Positions 9,271-19,465 of a stretch of 64,000 nucleotides of DNA are shown piece after piece. Where the stretch lies: sequence record DRR378314_1835; one strand, written 5' to 3'. The position numbers and the translations under genes were made by a program. Below the pieces are notes generated by a model that saw nothing but the letters and a program-made list of their open reading frames with translations, ran no database searches and had not been told where the DNA came from. Positions within the stretch are counted from its first letter, which is position 1. Every line of letters starts with the position of its first letter.

Positions 9271-10349
9271 TGCGTTTAGCGGTAGCACAAATTAATTTAT
9301 CGAACCTTGCGCACAATCTTGCGCAGGTAAAACGATTTGCCCCTAATAGCAAGGTGATGGCTGTTTTAAAAGCGAATGCTTATGGCCATGGCTTAGTTAA
9401 AATAGCGCAGCACTTAAATAATGCCGATGCATTTGCCGTAGCACGAATTGATGAGGCTCTTGCGCTTCGTGCAGGTGGGCTGACAAAACCTATTGTGCTT
9501 CTTGAAGGTGTTTTTCACCACGAAGATTTAGCCATCCTGCTGGCGAACAATTTTCAAACCATTATCCATGATGAGAATCAATTAATTGCGCTTGAAGAGG
9601 CGCAATTAGAGGCGCCTATAAACTGTTGGCTGAAAATTAATACTGGTATGCACCGTTTAGGTATTGCGCCATCGCAATTAAATAATTTTTACCAGCGCTT
9701 AAGTGCGACTAAAAATGCTAACAGTACTATTAATTTAATGACGCACTTTTCGTGTGCAGATGATGTGAGCGATGCAAAAACAGCTGAGCAAATCGCGTTG
9801 TTCGACTCCCTCGTCGCAGGTAAGCAACAAGCGCATTGCCTAGCCAATTCGGCGGGGATTATTGCATGGCCTGCGGGGCATGGGGATTGGGTGCGACCAG
9901 GTCTTATGATGTATGGTGTATCGCCTATGTTGGGAGCTTTAGGCCATCAACATAATTTAAAACCAGTTATGCGCTTAACGACCCGAGTCATTGCTATTCG
10001 TGAGGTCGATGCAATGCAATGTGTTGGCTACGGTGGAAGTTGGCACTCTCAAAGCGCAACTAAGTTAGCAGTGGTTGCTATGGGCTATGGCGATGGTTAT
10101 CCACGTCATGCGAAGCACGGTACGCCTGTTGTGATAGGTAATAAGCGCTATGGTATTGCCGGCAATGTTTCAATGGATATGATAAGCGTAGACATTGGTA
10201 ACAACAGCGAAAACATTAAAGTGGGTGACGAGGTCGTAATGTGGGGCCCAGAATTACCAGTTGAAGAGATCGCGCAATGTGCAACCACGATCCCTTATGA
10301 ATTACTATGTAATATTACCCCACGAGTGAGCTACGAGTATCTCGATTAA
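9270..10349 (+). CDS. alr: alanine racemase
   Basis: AVLKANAYGHG PLP lysine; GYGDGYPR. Confidence 0.98.
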   Translation: MRLAVAQINLSNLAHNLAQVKRFAPNSKVMAVLKANAYGHGLVKIAQHLNNADAFAVARIDEALALRAGGLTKPIVLLEGVFHHEDLAILLANNFQTIIHDENQLIALEEAQLEAPINCWLKINTGMHRLGIAPSQLNNFYQRLSATKNANSTINLMTHFSCADDVSDAKTAEQIALFDSLVAGKQQAHCLANSAGIIAWPAGHGDWVRPGLMMYGVSPMLGALGHQHNLKPVMRLTTRVIAIREVDAMQCVGYGGSWHSQSATKLAVVAMGYGDGYPRHAKHGTPVVIGNKRYGIAGNVSMDMISVDIGNNSENIKVGDEVVMWGPELPVEEIAQCATTIPYELLCNITPRVSYEYLD

Positions 10350-10351
10350 GG

Positions 10352-10591
10352 CTATTCTTTAATAAAGTAGATATCAGCGAAGCCCATTCGAGCAAACTCT
10401 TGATCGCGAAAATTACGTACCGCGGCAGATCCTTTCGATGTCATTTCAATTTGTCGTACCATATTTAAATAGTTGGTTAAATCGACACCTTCAGCCGCAG
10501 CTATCGCCTGATACATATCTTGGTATTTATCTTTAGCGAAGTTAATTTCACGGGGCTGATTTTTGAAGGTGTAGGTAATACGTCTGGCCAT
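10352..10591 (-). CDS. small conserved hypothetical protein (DUF2960-like)
   Basis: 79-aa ORF, AIAAAEGVDLT motif. Confidence 0.7.
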   Translation of the reverse strand: MARRITYTFKNQPREINFAKDKYQDMYQAIAAAEGVDLTNYLNMVRQIEMTSKGSAAVRNFRDQEFARMGFADIYFIKE

Positions 10592-10705
10592 GGGATACTC
10601 ATAATTAAAACTAATAATGCTAATTTTACACCTTCTTCGCCGTCGCCTCTACCATTGAATGACTTGTAAGCAGTAGCGGGTTACAATAAGGTAATTATTT
10701 TAATA

Positions 10706-10972
10706 ATGAGTGCGTTAGTAATGAAATTATCTGTTGAGATCAGTAAATACCCACTACACCAAGACTATATCCCATTTATTAAAGGATTTATTGATCGTTT
10801 AAATACCTACGATGATTTAAAAGTAATAACAAATACGCTGTCTACGCAAATATTTGGCGACTATGATTTGGTCATGTCTGTTCTTAATACTGAAATTAAG
10901 CGCTCGTATGAAGAGTTTGGTAAAGCCATTTTTGTGTGTAAGTTTCTATCTGGTGATCTTTCGCCTGAATAA
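10706..10972 (+). CDS. YkoF/thiamine-binding-type small protein
   Basis: SVEISKYPL..DYIPFIKGFIDRL...TNTLSTQIFG; next to pnuC. Confidence 0.7.
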   Translation: MSALVMKLSVEISKYPLHQDYIPFIKGFIDRLNTYDDLKVITNTLSTQIFGDYDLVMSVLNTEIKRSYEEFGKAIFVCKFLSGDLSPE

Positions 10973-10984
10973 TGTGAGCCAATA

Positions 10985-11608
10985 ATGGACTTTATTACGC
11001 AAACTCTTGCAGGGTTTACTGCAATGTCGCACTGGGAATATATTGCAGTCGCTTTGTCTATGGCCTATCTATTATTGGCTATAAAAGAAAACCTATGGTG
11101 CTGGCCGGCAGCATTCTTTAGCACGCTAATTTATACCATAATGTACTGGAATGGTGCTTTGTTAATGGAGTCATTACTGCATTTTTATTATATGTACATG
11201 GCTGTTTATGGTTGGATGGTATGGCGAAAGGGGGGGGCAAATAAACAAGAGCTGGCCATTACCTCATGGGGTATTAATCAGCATATAGCTATCATTATAG
11301 GTACTTCGTTAGTTGCAACCGTACTAGGTTATATAATGACTAATTATACCCATGCAGATTTCGCGTATCTAGATAGTTTTACAACCTGTTTTGCTGTGGT
11401 GACCACGTATTTAGTGGCTAAAAAGGTGCTTGAAAATTGGCTTTATTGGATAGTTATAGATGCCGCATCAATGTATTTATACTATGAAAAAGGCTATTAC
11501 CCAACGCTCGCGTTATTTGTATTTTATACGCTTATGGCTGCATGGGGGTTTAAAACTTGGTACGAAGAGTACGAACAAGATCAAGCTAAACCTTTAGCAC
11601 AACTGTAA
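10985..11608 (+). CDS. pnuC: PnuC-family (Pnu) vitamin transporter
   Basis: ENLWCWP, YLDSFTT, KVLENWLYWIVID. Confidence 0.9.
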   Translation: MDFITQTLAGFTAMSHWEYIAVALSMAYLLLAIKENLWCWPAAFFSTLIYTIMYWNGALLMESLLHFYYMYMAVYGWMVWRKGGANKQELAITSWGINQHIAIIIGTSLVATVLGYIMTNYTHADFAYLDSFTTCFAVVTTYLVAKKVLENWLYWIVIDAASMYLYYEKGYYPTLALFVFYTLMAAWGFKTWYEEYEQDQAKPLAQL

Positions 11609-12408
11609 TGATGAGTTTTGATAAAATTAGTGCAATATTTAGTGCTTTTAATCCTCAGTTAGCAATTACTCATACTGAACGCTTACATAGTGGCTTAAGC
11701 AACGATAATTTTCTTGTTCGCACATCAAACCATGGTTATTTACTTAAGTGCTATCGTGAACACTGGCCTGTAGTGGGTTTAGCAGCTCAAAAAAAATTTG
11801 CTGCGTTGAGCGTATGTTCAACGCCTTTATGGACTGATCAGGCACAACAAATAGCGATATTCGAATACATAGAGGGTACAACTGCTCAAAGTGAATTGAA
11901 TCATCAGCTAATTAGTAAGCTAGTGCAGCTTCATCAGCACTCAGTGTTGACTGAACCCATGGATATTAAATACGAACTTGATTATTACCAAAGTACAACA
12001 CTGTATGAATACTATCAGGGGGTAATCGAGCACGCATTAGCGAGAATATATACTTTTAAAAAGGATCTTGGTTTTTGCCATAATGACTTGGTCAAAGAAA
12101 ATATTATAGAAAATGACACGGGTGTGTATTTAATTGATTTTGAATACGCCAAAAGTAATGACGTGTACTTTGATCTGGCAGCACTGGCTGTGAGCTTTAA
12201 ATTAAATCAAAAACAAAAAATTGACTTACTCAATGTTTATCAAAAAAAACGTTCACATAGCGTTGATTTTCATCCCTCTGTGGACAAGCTAATATGCTAT
12301 GAAGTCGTTTTTTTAGTGTTGTGTATATGTTGGTACAGCGCACGCAATGTTGATGATAAAGTAACGACTTTACGTGCGCAATTGGATGACTTAATAAGTA
12401 AAATGTAA
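11608..12408 (+). CDS. choline/thiamine-kinase-like phosphotransferase
   Basis: GLSN, FCHNDL..ENI, LIDFEYA, FDLA. Confidence 0.85.
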   Translation: MMSFDKISAIFSAFNPQLAITHTERLHSGLSNDNFLVRTSNHGYLLKCYREHWPVVGLAAQKKFAALSVCSTPLWTDQAQQIAIFEYIEGTTAQSELNHQLISKLVQLHQHSVLTEPMDIKYELDYYQSTTLYEYYQGVIEHALARIYTFKKDLGFCHNDLVKENIIENDTGVYLIDFEYAKSNDVYFDLAALAVSFKLNQKQKIDLLNVYQKKRSHSVDFHPSVDKLICYEVVFLVLCICWYSARNVDDKVTTLRAQLDDLISKM

Positions 12409-12427
12409 GTGCCGTCTTTGCTGTGAA

Positions 12428-12610
12428 TTAAAGGCCACCAAAGCGAGCAGCTAACTCTTTGTATTTGGCAACTTCTTCAGCATCAAACTGTGGCTCTCCA
12501 TTGGCATCTTCAGACTTTGCGATTAATAGACTCTCTCTGGCTAAGCGTTTAACGCGCTCAACTTTAACCCCTAAAAACTCGGCGACTTGTTCTGTCGACA
12601 TTAAACTCAT
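12428..12610 (-). CDS. small helix-turn-helix protein (excisionase/MerR-like HTH)
   Basis: MSTEQVAEFLGV.VERVKRLARE; GAGGAA RBS. Confidence 0.75.
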   Translation of the reverse strand: MSLMSTEQVAEFLGVKVERVKRLARESLLIAKSEDANGEPQFDAEEVAKYKELAARFGGL

Positions 12611-12859
12611 AACTCTACTTCCTCGTGGTTAACTATTTCGAAAAGCGGTTTTGAACCGTACAGATGTTACAAAATAGTTATTAATTTTTATTAAGTATAA
12701 TTTAATAGCTGTTTTTTGTCTTCTTGTGAAGTAAATTATTATAATTAGTGTATTAAATGAGCATATAAGCAACAGGTGCTAGCATTTAGCCCAAGATGTC
12801 TTTATTATTGCCCGTGCTAAAGCATCGATATCGCGAGTCGGTGTGGCGGCAACAAATGT

Positions 12860-12934
12860 GCTCTCGTGGTGAAATGGATATCACGTGGCTCTCCGGAAGC
12901 TAAGTTGCAGGTTCGATTCCTGCCGAGAGCGCCA
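12860..12934 (+). tRNA. tRNA-Arg(CCG), 75 nt
   Basis: acceptor GCTCTCG/CGAGAGC-G-CCA; D stem GTGA/TCAC; anticodon stem TGGCT/AGCTA with loop CT-CCG-GA; T arm GCAGG-TTCGATT-CCTGC. Confidence 0.95.
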
Positions 12935-13004
12935 TTTGCTTTTCTTATATATCAAATCCCGCTTACTTTGTTACACTTCATTTTTTATCCTTTTGAGATC
13001 AGTT

Positions 13005-13229
13005 ATGCATTATCGGCCTATTAAGTGTGGTGATTACGATCAACTTGAGCTGTTCTGTATGCAGCAAGCGAAGGTTACAGTTATCACCACTGACGATGAA
13101 ACTTTAATTGGTAAAGCGATTAACCTTGAAAACCATAAAGGTCAGGGGGAGTTTTTGCTGATTTGCTGTGAAGAACAAGGCGAACATAAAGTCCGCCTTG
13201 ATAAAATTAAAGCCATTTCTTACTTTTAA
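13005..13229 (+). CDS. rof: Rho-binding antiterminator Rof/YaeO
   Basis: YRPIKCGDYDQLELFC...GEFL...VRLDKI; start moved past the tRNA. Confidence 0.85.
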   Translation: MHYRPIKCGDYDQLELFCMQQAKVTVITTDDETLIGKAINLENHKGQGEFLLICCEEQGEHKVRLDKIKAISYF

Positions 13230-14178
13230 AATAAACGCCTATACCGCCTGTTAGCACAATTAAAAATAGCACAAATGCGCTAAACGCGTACGGACTATCA
13301 GTGCCTGGGATCCCTCCAACGTTAACGCCGAGTAGGCCAGTTAAAAAGCCTAGCGGTAAGAATAATGCCGCAACAACAGACATTACATACATGCGTTGAT
13401 TAAGCTGCTCAGACACATGGTTAGTGATTGTTTGCTGTATAACCTGGGCACGCTCAATCGCACTGTCTAATTCCTCAAGGTATCTTATCAGCAAGTTAGT
13501 CGTTTCATTTAGCTTGGCTTTATCCGTTTCTTCTAACCATGTGAAACGGTTACTAGCAAGTGAGCTTAAAGCTTCCTTTTGTGGTCGTAAATACCTTTTT
13601 AAAGCAATAGTTTGCCTGCGTAGCTGTGATAGGCCTTGATTATCGAAGCGCTTTGTCGGTTCGTCAATCTCGCCTTCAAAAATATCTAAAGTATCGTCGA
13701 GTTCATCAATCACAGCTTGCATTCGAGAGGTTAAATTTTGTGTTAAATGACACACTAGTTCAGAAATATTGCATGGGCCATCACTTTGCATCAATGAATC
13801 TAATACATTCTGTACTGATAGCAGGCGACGCCTACGAGTTGTAATCACAATATCGTCATTAATAAATAGGCGTAATGACACCATATCTTCAGGGCTTTGT
13901 GCCGGATTAAGGTTTACACCGCGTAAAAAGAGCATTGAGCCTTTGGCTGCTTTGCTTAGTCGGGGCCTAGTTTCATCAGCAATAAAAGACTCTAATTCAT
14001 AGTCACTCAACAGCTCGCTGTTTTTTAGCCAGTTAACAGCTTGAGCTTGTGAGTAATCTAAATGCAGCCATAGTTTTCCTTGTTCAGGTTGCCAATTAGC
14101 AAGAGTGCTACTAGTGTCTAGTGTGCACGCACCGCCTTTGCCATCGAGTAGCACCGCATGAAGTAAGCCATCGAACAT
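13207..14178 (-). CDS. zntB: zinc transporter ZntB (CorA family)
   Basis: WLHLD, ETRPR, LRGVNLN..PEDMVSLR, GLLGVNVGGIPG. Confidence 0.93.
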   Translation of the reverse strand: MFDGLLHAVLLDGKGGACTLDTSSTLANWQPEQGKLWLHLDYSQAQAVNWLKNSELLSDYELESFIADETRPRLSKAAKGSMLFLRGVNLNPAQSPEDMVSLRLFINDDIVITTRRRRLLSVQNVLDSLMQSDGPCNISELVCHLTQNLTSRMQAVIDELDDTLDIFEGEIDEPTKRFDNQGLSQLRRQTIALKRYLRPQKEALSSLASNRFTWLEETDKAKLNETTNLLIRYLEELDSAIERAQVIQQTITNHVSEQLNQRMYVMSVVAALFLPLGFLTGLLGVNVGGIPGTDSPYAFSAFVLFLIVLTGGIGVYFKSKKWL

Positions 14179-14327
14179 AAGTTTGTCTCTACTTTTAATA
14201 AGGGCGCTATAGTTGTCTAATCTTTAATCTAGGTCAATTAAAGTTTCTTATCGATAAGAGTAATTTATTTCGTTGGTGTTTATTTGGTAATCGCGTATAA
14301 GTCATTTTTTTATTAAAGGGCGCATTT

Positions 14328-14756
14328 ATGACGGCAAAAATTACAGTTGGTTGGCGTGAGTGGTTAAGCTTACCTGAGCTTGGTATAAATAAAATTAAAG
14401 CAAAGGTGGATACTGGCGCCCGTACGTCATGCATACATGCTATTAATATTGAAGAATTTAAACGTGATGAGCAGCAGTGGGTTCGTTTTATTGCTCAGCC
14501 TATACAGGGTAATGAACACACTCAAATAGAGTGTGAAGCAAAAGTAAAAAAGATGAAATACGTGACCAGCTCCAGTGGAGAGCGCCAGTTACGTTATTTT
14601 ATTGAGACCATGCTCCACGCAGGAGGCGAGAGCTGGCCTATTGAAGTGACATTAACTCGTCGCTCAAGTATGAAGTTTAGAATGTTGTTAGGGCGTACCG
14701 CCATGGAAAATCGCATAGTCGTTGATCCGGCTTTATCTCATTTATTAGGTAGTTAA
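14328..14756 (+). CDS. RimK-associated retropepsin-like protease/polyglutamate hydrolase (RimB-like; often annotated ATP-dependent Zn protease)
   Basis: [28 protein letters not shown]. Confidence 0.88.
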   Translation: MTAKITVGWREWLSLPELGINKIKAKVDTGARTSCIHAINIEEFKRDEQQWVRFIAQPIQGNEHTQIECEAKVKKMKYVTSSSGERQLRYFIETMLHAGGESWPIEVTLTRRSSMKFRMLLGRTAMENRIVVDPALSHLLGS

Positions 14757-14766
14757 GGTTTTAACT

Positions 14767-15672
14767 ATGAAAATTGGTATTTTATCTCGCAATAAAAATT
14801 TGTATTCAACACGTCGTTTAATTGAGGCCGCTACAGAGCGAGGCCATGAAGTTAAAGTGATTGATGCACTGCGCTGCTATATGAACATTAACTCAGAGCA
14901 ACCTGAAATTCATTATCGCGGTGAAAACTTAAAAGACTTTGATGCGATTGTGCCACGTATTGGTGCATCTGTTACGTTTTATGGTTGTGCTGTTTTACGT
15001 CAGTTTGAAATGATGAATGTATTCCCAGTTAATGAATCTGTGGCAATTTCTCGTTCACGTGACAAGTTACGTTCATTACAACTTTTATCTCGTAAAGGTG
15101 TAGGTATGCCTGTTACAGGCTTTGCGAGTAAGCCTGATGACGTAAAAGACTTATTAGAGATGGTTGGTGGCGCACCTGTTGTTATTAAGTTACTAGAAGG
15201 TACTCAGGGCATTGGTGTGGTTTTAGCTGAAACGCGTAAAGCGGCTGAAAGTGTTATTGAAGCATTTATGGGCTTAAAAGCGAATATTATGGTTCAAGAG
15301 TACATAAAAGAGGCGGGTGGTGCTGATATTCGTTGTTTTGTTTTAGGTGATAAAGTTATTGCTGCTATGAAGCGCCAAGCACAAGAGGGTGAGTTTAGAT
15401 CAAACCTTCACCGCGGTGGTAGCGCAACATTAGTACGTATCACCCCTGAAGAACGTAAAACAGCGGTGGCTGCTGCTAAAGCAATGGGCTTGAATGTAGC
15501 CGGTGTTGACTTACTGCGCTCATCTCGCGGACCATTAGTGATGGAAGTGAATTCATCACCTGGTCTTGAAGGCATTGAAGTGGCAACGGGTAAAGATATT
15601 GCAGGTATGGTGATCGATTTTATTGAGAAAGCCGCTGCGACTAAAGGAACAGCAACACGTGGCAAAGGTTAA
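14767..15672 (+). CDS. rimK: ATP-grasp alpha-L-glutamate ligase
   Basis: [37 protein letters not shown]. Confidence 0.97.
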   Translation: MKIGILSRNKNLYSTRRLIEAATERGHEVKVIDALRCYMNINSEQPEIHYRGENLKDFDAIVPRIGASVTFYGCAVLRQFEMMNVFPVNESVAISRSRDKLRSLQLLSRKGVGMPVTGFASKPDDVKDLLEMVGGAPVVIKLLEGTQGIGVVLAETRKAAESVIEAFMGLKANIMVQEYIKEAGGADIRCFVLGDKVIAAMKRQAQEGEFRSNLHRGGSATLVRITPEERKTAVAAAKAMGLNVAGVDLLRSSRGPLVMEVNSSPGLEGIEVATGKDIAGMVIDFIEKAAATKGTATRGKG

Positions 15673-16717
15673 AATTAATAGCGCCTTTTCTTTATTAGGC
15701 GAAACGGTCGGAGTAGGAGAGCGCAAGACGCTGGCATTAGAGGCTGCGAAGCTTTATACCCACTCGCCGTTGAATATCCCAATCGAAGTGGTTAATGGGG
15801 TCCAAGAAGGCCCTGTGTTGATGGTCTGTGCTGCGATTCATGGTGATGAACTCAATGGTGTGGAAGTAGTGCGACAGCTACTCGCTAAAATTGATGCCAG
15901 TCAGTTGCGCGGAACACTTATTGCGGTGCCAATCGTGAATGTATTTGGCTTTATTCATAAGTCACGATATTTACCTGATCGACGAGACATGAACCGCAGT
16001 TTTCCGGGTTCTATTCGCGGCTCGTTAGCAGGGCGCATGGCACATATGTTCTTCTCACAGGTTGCTGTTCATTGCACGCATATTATTGATTTGCATACAG
16101 GGGCAATACATCGTACCAATTTGCCACAGATCAGGGCTAACCTTAGTGATGAGGCGACAGCTGAAATGGCCAAAGCATTTGGTACACCCGCTGTGATTGA
16201 TGCATCGCTTCGTAATGGGTCATTACGCAGTGAAGCGGCTAATTTAGGTATTCCGGTTATTACTTATGAGGCTGGTGAAGCGCTTAGGTTTGATCCCATT
16301 GCCATTGCAGCTGGTATGCAAGGGGTCGATTATGTAATGCGTCACTTGAAAATGATTCGGGGAAAACGCGCTAAAAAGTTACCAGAGCCTATTATCGCAA
16401 GTTCTACCAGTTGGGTGCGTGCTGAGGTTGACGGTATTGTACGTGCGCAAGTTTCACTGGGTGAGCGAGTTGTTAAAGGCCAGATTTTGGCCTATATCAG
16501 CAGCCCGCTAGGTGATTCTGAATTAGAGTTACTAGCACCTCGCAGTGGAATTATTATTGGTCAGCAAACAATGCCATTGGTAAATGAAGGGGATGCGGTG
16601 TTTCATATAGCTTATTTTGCCCATGCAAATAGTTTAGTTGAACAGCAGCTAGAGACCTTTATTGATGGTATTAATGATTTAGATGACGAATTAAAAACAG
16701 CCGATTTAAATAATTAA
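15659..16717 (+). CDS. succinylglutamate desuccinylase/aspartoacylase family protein
   Basis: [31 protein letters not shown] start overlapping rimK end. Confidence 0.9.
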   Translation: MAKVKINSAFSLLGETVGVGERKTLALEAAKLYTHSPLNIPIEVVNGVQEGPVLMVCAAIHGDELNGVEVVRQLLAKIDASQLRGTLIAVPIVNVFGFIHKSRYLPDRRDMNRSFPGSIRGSLAGRMAHMFFSQVAVHCTHIIDLHTGAIHRTNLPQIRANLSDEATAEMAKAFGTPAVIDASLRNGSLRSEAANLGIPVITYEAGEALRFDPIAIAAGMQGVDYVMRHLKMIRGKRAKKLPEPIIASSTSWVRAEVDGIVRAQVSLGERVVKGQILAYISSPLGDSELELLAPRSGIIIGQQTMPLVNEGDAVFHIAYFAHANSLVEQQLETFIDGINDLDDELKTADLNN

Positions 16718-16732
16718 TTTTTTAATTTGCTA

Positions 16733-16771
16733 TAAAAAGGCGTTTGTTGGGTGACTGACAAGCGCCTTTTA
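16733..16771. terminator. bidirectional terminator
   Basis: AAAAGGCGTTTGTTGG-GTGA-CTGACAAGCGCCTTTT between convergent genes. Confidence 0.8.
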
Positions 16772-16774
16772 AGT

Positions 16775-17344
16775 TTAGGGCTTTTTAGGGCCTAAGATTC
16801 TTTTTATTGCGGCGGGCTTCGTCGGTTTGGGCTCTTTGTTTAAAACCATGACAGGGCGCGTTACAAATAGGTTATTAGGATAAATAACACGATGGCCATC
16901 GATGTGTTCTAGCACAACATTCATTAGGCCCATTTCAATAATGCGGCCTTCTACAAAATTAGCGCCGTCAATCACTCTTATCCAGTAACCAACACGGCAG
17001 TCGTTTTGTATAAACATCAATAAAAACGAGGTTAAATTACTTAGCAATGACCAAGCTGCAAATAAAGCGACGCCAAGCATTGCAAACAATGAAGAACCTA
17101 GTACTAACAAGCCCCTTAGTTCAATGCCCCAAAATACCAATACTAAACAAATCATCACAATCGCTAAGATTATTTTCAGTAGTAGCTCTGCACGGTATTT
17201 ACGGTGTACATCGACTTTACCTTTTATGGTTTTTTCGAGTAGTTTTTTGGTGAACTTTAATAGCAAAGGGAAGGCTAATAAGGCAACTAGGGTTACCACC
17301 CATTTATATTGCATGCTAAGAATATCAAGTAATTCCACGGCCAA
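16775..17344 (-). CDS. small-conductance mechanosensitive channel (MscS-like, short)
   Basis: three TM segments, SLLSNLTS..RVGYWI..GRIIEMGL..YPNN. Confidence 0.85.
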   Translation of the reverse strand: MAVELLDILSMQYKWVVTLVALLAFPLLLKFTKKLLEKTIKGKVDVHRKYRAELLLKIILAIVMICLVLVFWGIELRGLLVLGSSLFAMLGVALFAAWSLLSNLTSFLLMFIQNDCRVGYWIRVIDGANFVEGRIIEMGLMNVVLEHIDGHRVIYPNNLFVTRPVMVLNKEPKPTKPAAIKRILGPKKP

Positions 17345-17391
17345 TCCATGTCTGCTTTATTTAAAGTGTATTTTAGCCATTTTAGCCGCCT

Positions 17392-19095
17392 TTAAAAGGT
17401 ATTTTTAACAGTAACTAACCACTGAATTGAATCTACGTCATTACTTTTATCAAGAGGGGCGGCTATGTCTAAGTGGATCACTGTGCCTGCATTAGCTCGA
17501 CTCGGTGCTAGCCTAAGACCCACGCCAGCATTTTTTAAAACCTGACCGTTGGCGCCATTATTTTTATCGTCAAACCAAGCGCGGCCAATGTCAAAAAAGG
17601 CAGCACCCCCGACCTTAAATAATTGCAGTAAGTCGTATTCCCAGTAATAGCGCTTTTCAAGATTGATTAAAAAACTACGATCGCCTTGTTGATAGTTAAG
17701 TGGGTAACCACGAAGGCCATTATCTCCGCCTAAATTAAGCTGTTTATCGTGTGTCAGGTTTTTTGCGTAATCGAGACGTACTTTAGCGTACCAAGATTGT
17801 TCTAAACTAGTGTTCAAGTAATATTGTATTTGACTGGTGGCAAACAAGTTTTCGACTTTGCTTTGTTGTTCGTTCCAGTAACCGTCTAGGCTAGCATAAA
17901 ATCGCCATAAGGTATTGTCACCACTAAAGTGAGCCTTTTTAGCATTAAATGAATAAACGGCGCGGCTATCATCGTCACTTATTTCTTCGCTAGAGTAACC
18001 AATTAGGCCTTTCACATTCCAGCCCAGATTTAAATCTTCAGTACGATAAATACTGTCAAAATTGCGCACTTTAATGAAGTGATCTTCAAACCAGTGACCG
18101 CTGACATAGGGGTAGCTTAAGTCGCGACTTTGGGCAAGTGGTGTATGAGTAGCAGGTATATTGTTAAATGAGTGCTCTTCGAATATGTAGCCAACACTTA
18201 AACGTTGGGTCCAACTATTACCTAATTGCTTGGAATGACCAAAGTGCAATTGGTTGTAATCTGTTTTTTGTTCAAACTCACTAAATACCTCACCACGTTT
18301 ATAGAGAGACTCAATACGTTGGTCTGAATAGCTGACAAGACCATAGCTATAAGGTGTATCAATTGAATAAAAGGGGTAGGTCAACTCTAATAGATGACGC
18401 TTGCCATCGTCGTTATCCGAATACTCTACACGACCACGGTAGCGGCTAGAAAAAATATTAGGATCGTCATACACAAATAAATAGCCATCGCGATCAGCGT
18501 CACTGGTGCGAGAGACAGACAGGCGCTTACCCCAACCAAATAAATTAGACTCTCGAAAACCTATACTGGATTTATTCTCCCCGCCACTGCGACTGAAGCT
18601 TATTTCTGGAAGTAAGGTCCATAAGTCACGGGTAGCAACGTTGACATTTATGTTGCCATCACAGTCAATCTCAGCACTAATATCAGCATCGTATAGGTAA
18701 TTTTGCTTGCGTAAAAGGCGTTCGGATTCTGAGAGCTTTCTAGGAAGGTATTCATCACCAGGTTTAAATAACAATAAATTAGTAATGACATCAGGCTCAG
18801 TGGTTATATGAACGCGATTGGCAAATCTAAAAATAGCGTTATTTTCTTCTTCTAAGTCGGTATTAAATACATTGAGTTGATTTAGAGTAACTTTACCTAT
18901 TTTTGAACCTGTGGTTTTTTTTGGAAGTTGTTCCTCACCACTAAGTTGACGTCTTAGGTTTTGTTCTGAAGGGGTGATGGTGCGTTGATTGCTACAACTG
19001 CCATTATCTATAGTTTCAGCCTTAATCGTTGGGCTCAATAAGATAATACTACAGCAACTAAGCAGTAATGTTTTGCGATAACTATTTACGACCAT
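17392..19095 (-). CDS. Omp85 (BamA/TamA-like) outer-membrane protein
   Basis: POTRA-like LLFKPGD..ESERLLR; NLFGWG; LGGDNGLRGY; terminal Phe. Confidence 0.8.
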   Translation of the reverse strand: MVVNSYRKTLLLSCCSIILLSPTIKAETIDNGSCSNQRTITPSEQNLRRQLSGEEQLPKKTTGSKIGKVTLNQLNVFNTDLEEENNAIFRFANRVHITTEPDVITNLLLFKPGDEYLPRKLSESERLLRKQNYLYDADISAEIDCDGNINVNVATRDLWTLLPEISFSRSGGENKSSIGFRESNLFGWGKRLSVSRTSDADRDGYLFVYDDPNIFSSRYRGRVEYSDNDDGKRHLLELTYPFYSIDTPYSYGLVSYSDQRIESLYKRGEVFSEFEQKTDYNQLHFGHSKQLGNSWTQRLSVGYIFEEHSFNNIPATHTPLAQSRDLSYPYVSGHWFEDHFIKVRNFDSIYRTEDLNLGWNVKGLIGYSSEEISDDDSRAVYSFNAKKAHFSGDNTLWRFYASLDGYWNEQQSKVENLFATSQIQYYLNTSLEQSWYAKVRLDYAKNLTHDKQLNLGGDNGLRGYPLNYQQGDRSFLINLEKRYYWEYDLLQLFKVGGAAFFDIGRAWFDDKNNGANGQVLKNAGVGLRLAPSRANAGTVIHLDIAAPLDKSNDVDSIQWLVTVKNTF

Positions 19096-19154
19096 TCAAT
19101 CCCCTTATTTAGTATTACCTACTAAACACCATGTGGTCGTTAATGTCTAGCTGA

Positions 19155-19451
19155 TTATTGCAATTGCGTTATTAAATAGTGGGTAAGGGCAGCAAGTAAA
19201 TGCTCAGCTTCAGCGCCTTCACCATTGATCCAAACACTATTACTATAATGTTCAAAATTCAAATTAAAATTGTGTTGCTCATAATTGAAACGTAGTTGGT
19301 GGCGGTCAGCACCCGCTTCAAATTCTGTAATAGTAATAAGTGGAAAGTGTAGAAATAAGTTAGCCCAAAGCTCAAAGTCTTCGTCGTTTGGCATTTCTGT
19401 TGGTGAAATGACAATGGCGTTATGTTTATTATCAAGTTGAAAATCTATCAT
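19155..19451 (-). CDS. conserved hypothetical protein (DUF3630-like)
   Basis: GADRHQ...LNFEHYSNSVWI. Confidence 0.7.
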   Translation of the reverse strand: MIDFQLDNKHNAIVISPTEMPNDEDFELWANLFLHFPLITITEFEAGADRHQLRFNYEQHNFNLNFEHYSNSVWINGEGAEAEHLLAALTHYLITQLQ

Positions 19452-19465
19452 GGTGTTACCGTCAT

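Noticed and set aside
10592-10705. TPP riboswitch before the pnuC cluster
   Set aside because: Conserved core motifs are absent
12885-13004. N-terminal extension of the 114-aa ORF
   Set aside because: It overlaps the tRNA; the Rof-like sequence starts at ATG 13005
12935-13230. Prophage or island integrated at tRNA-Arg
   Set aside because: No repeat of the tRNA 3' end, no integrase, and ordinary flanking genes
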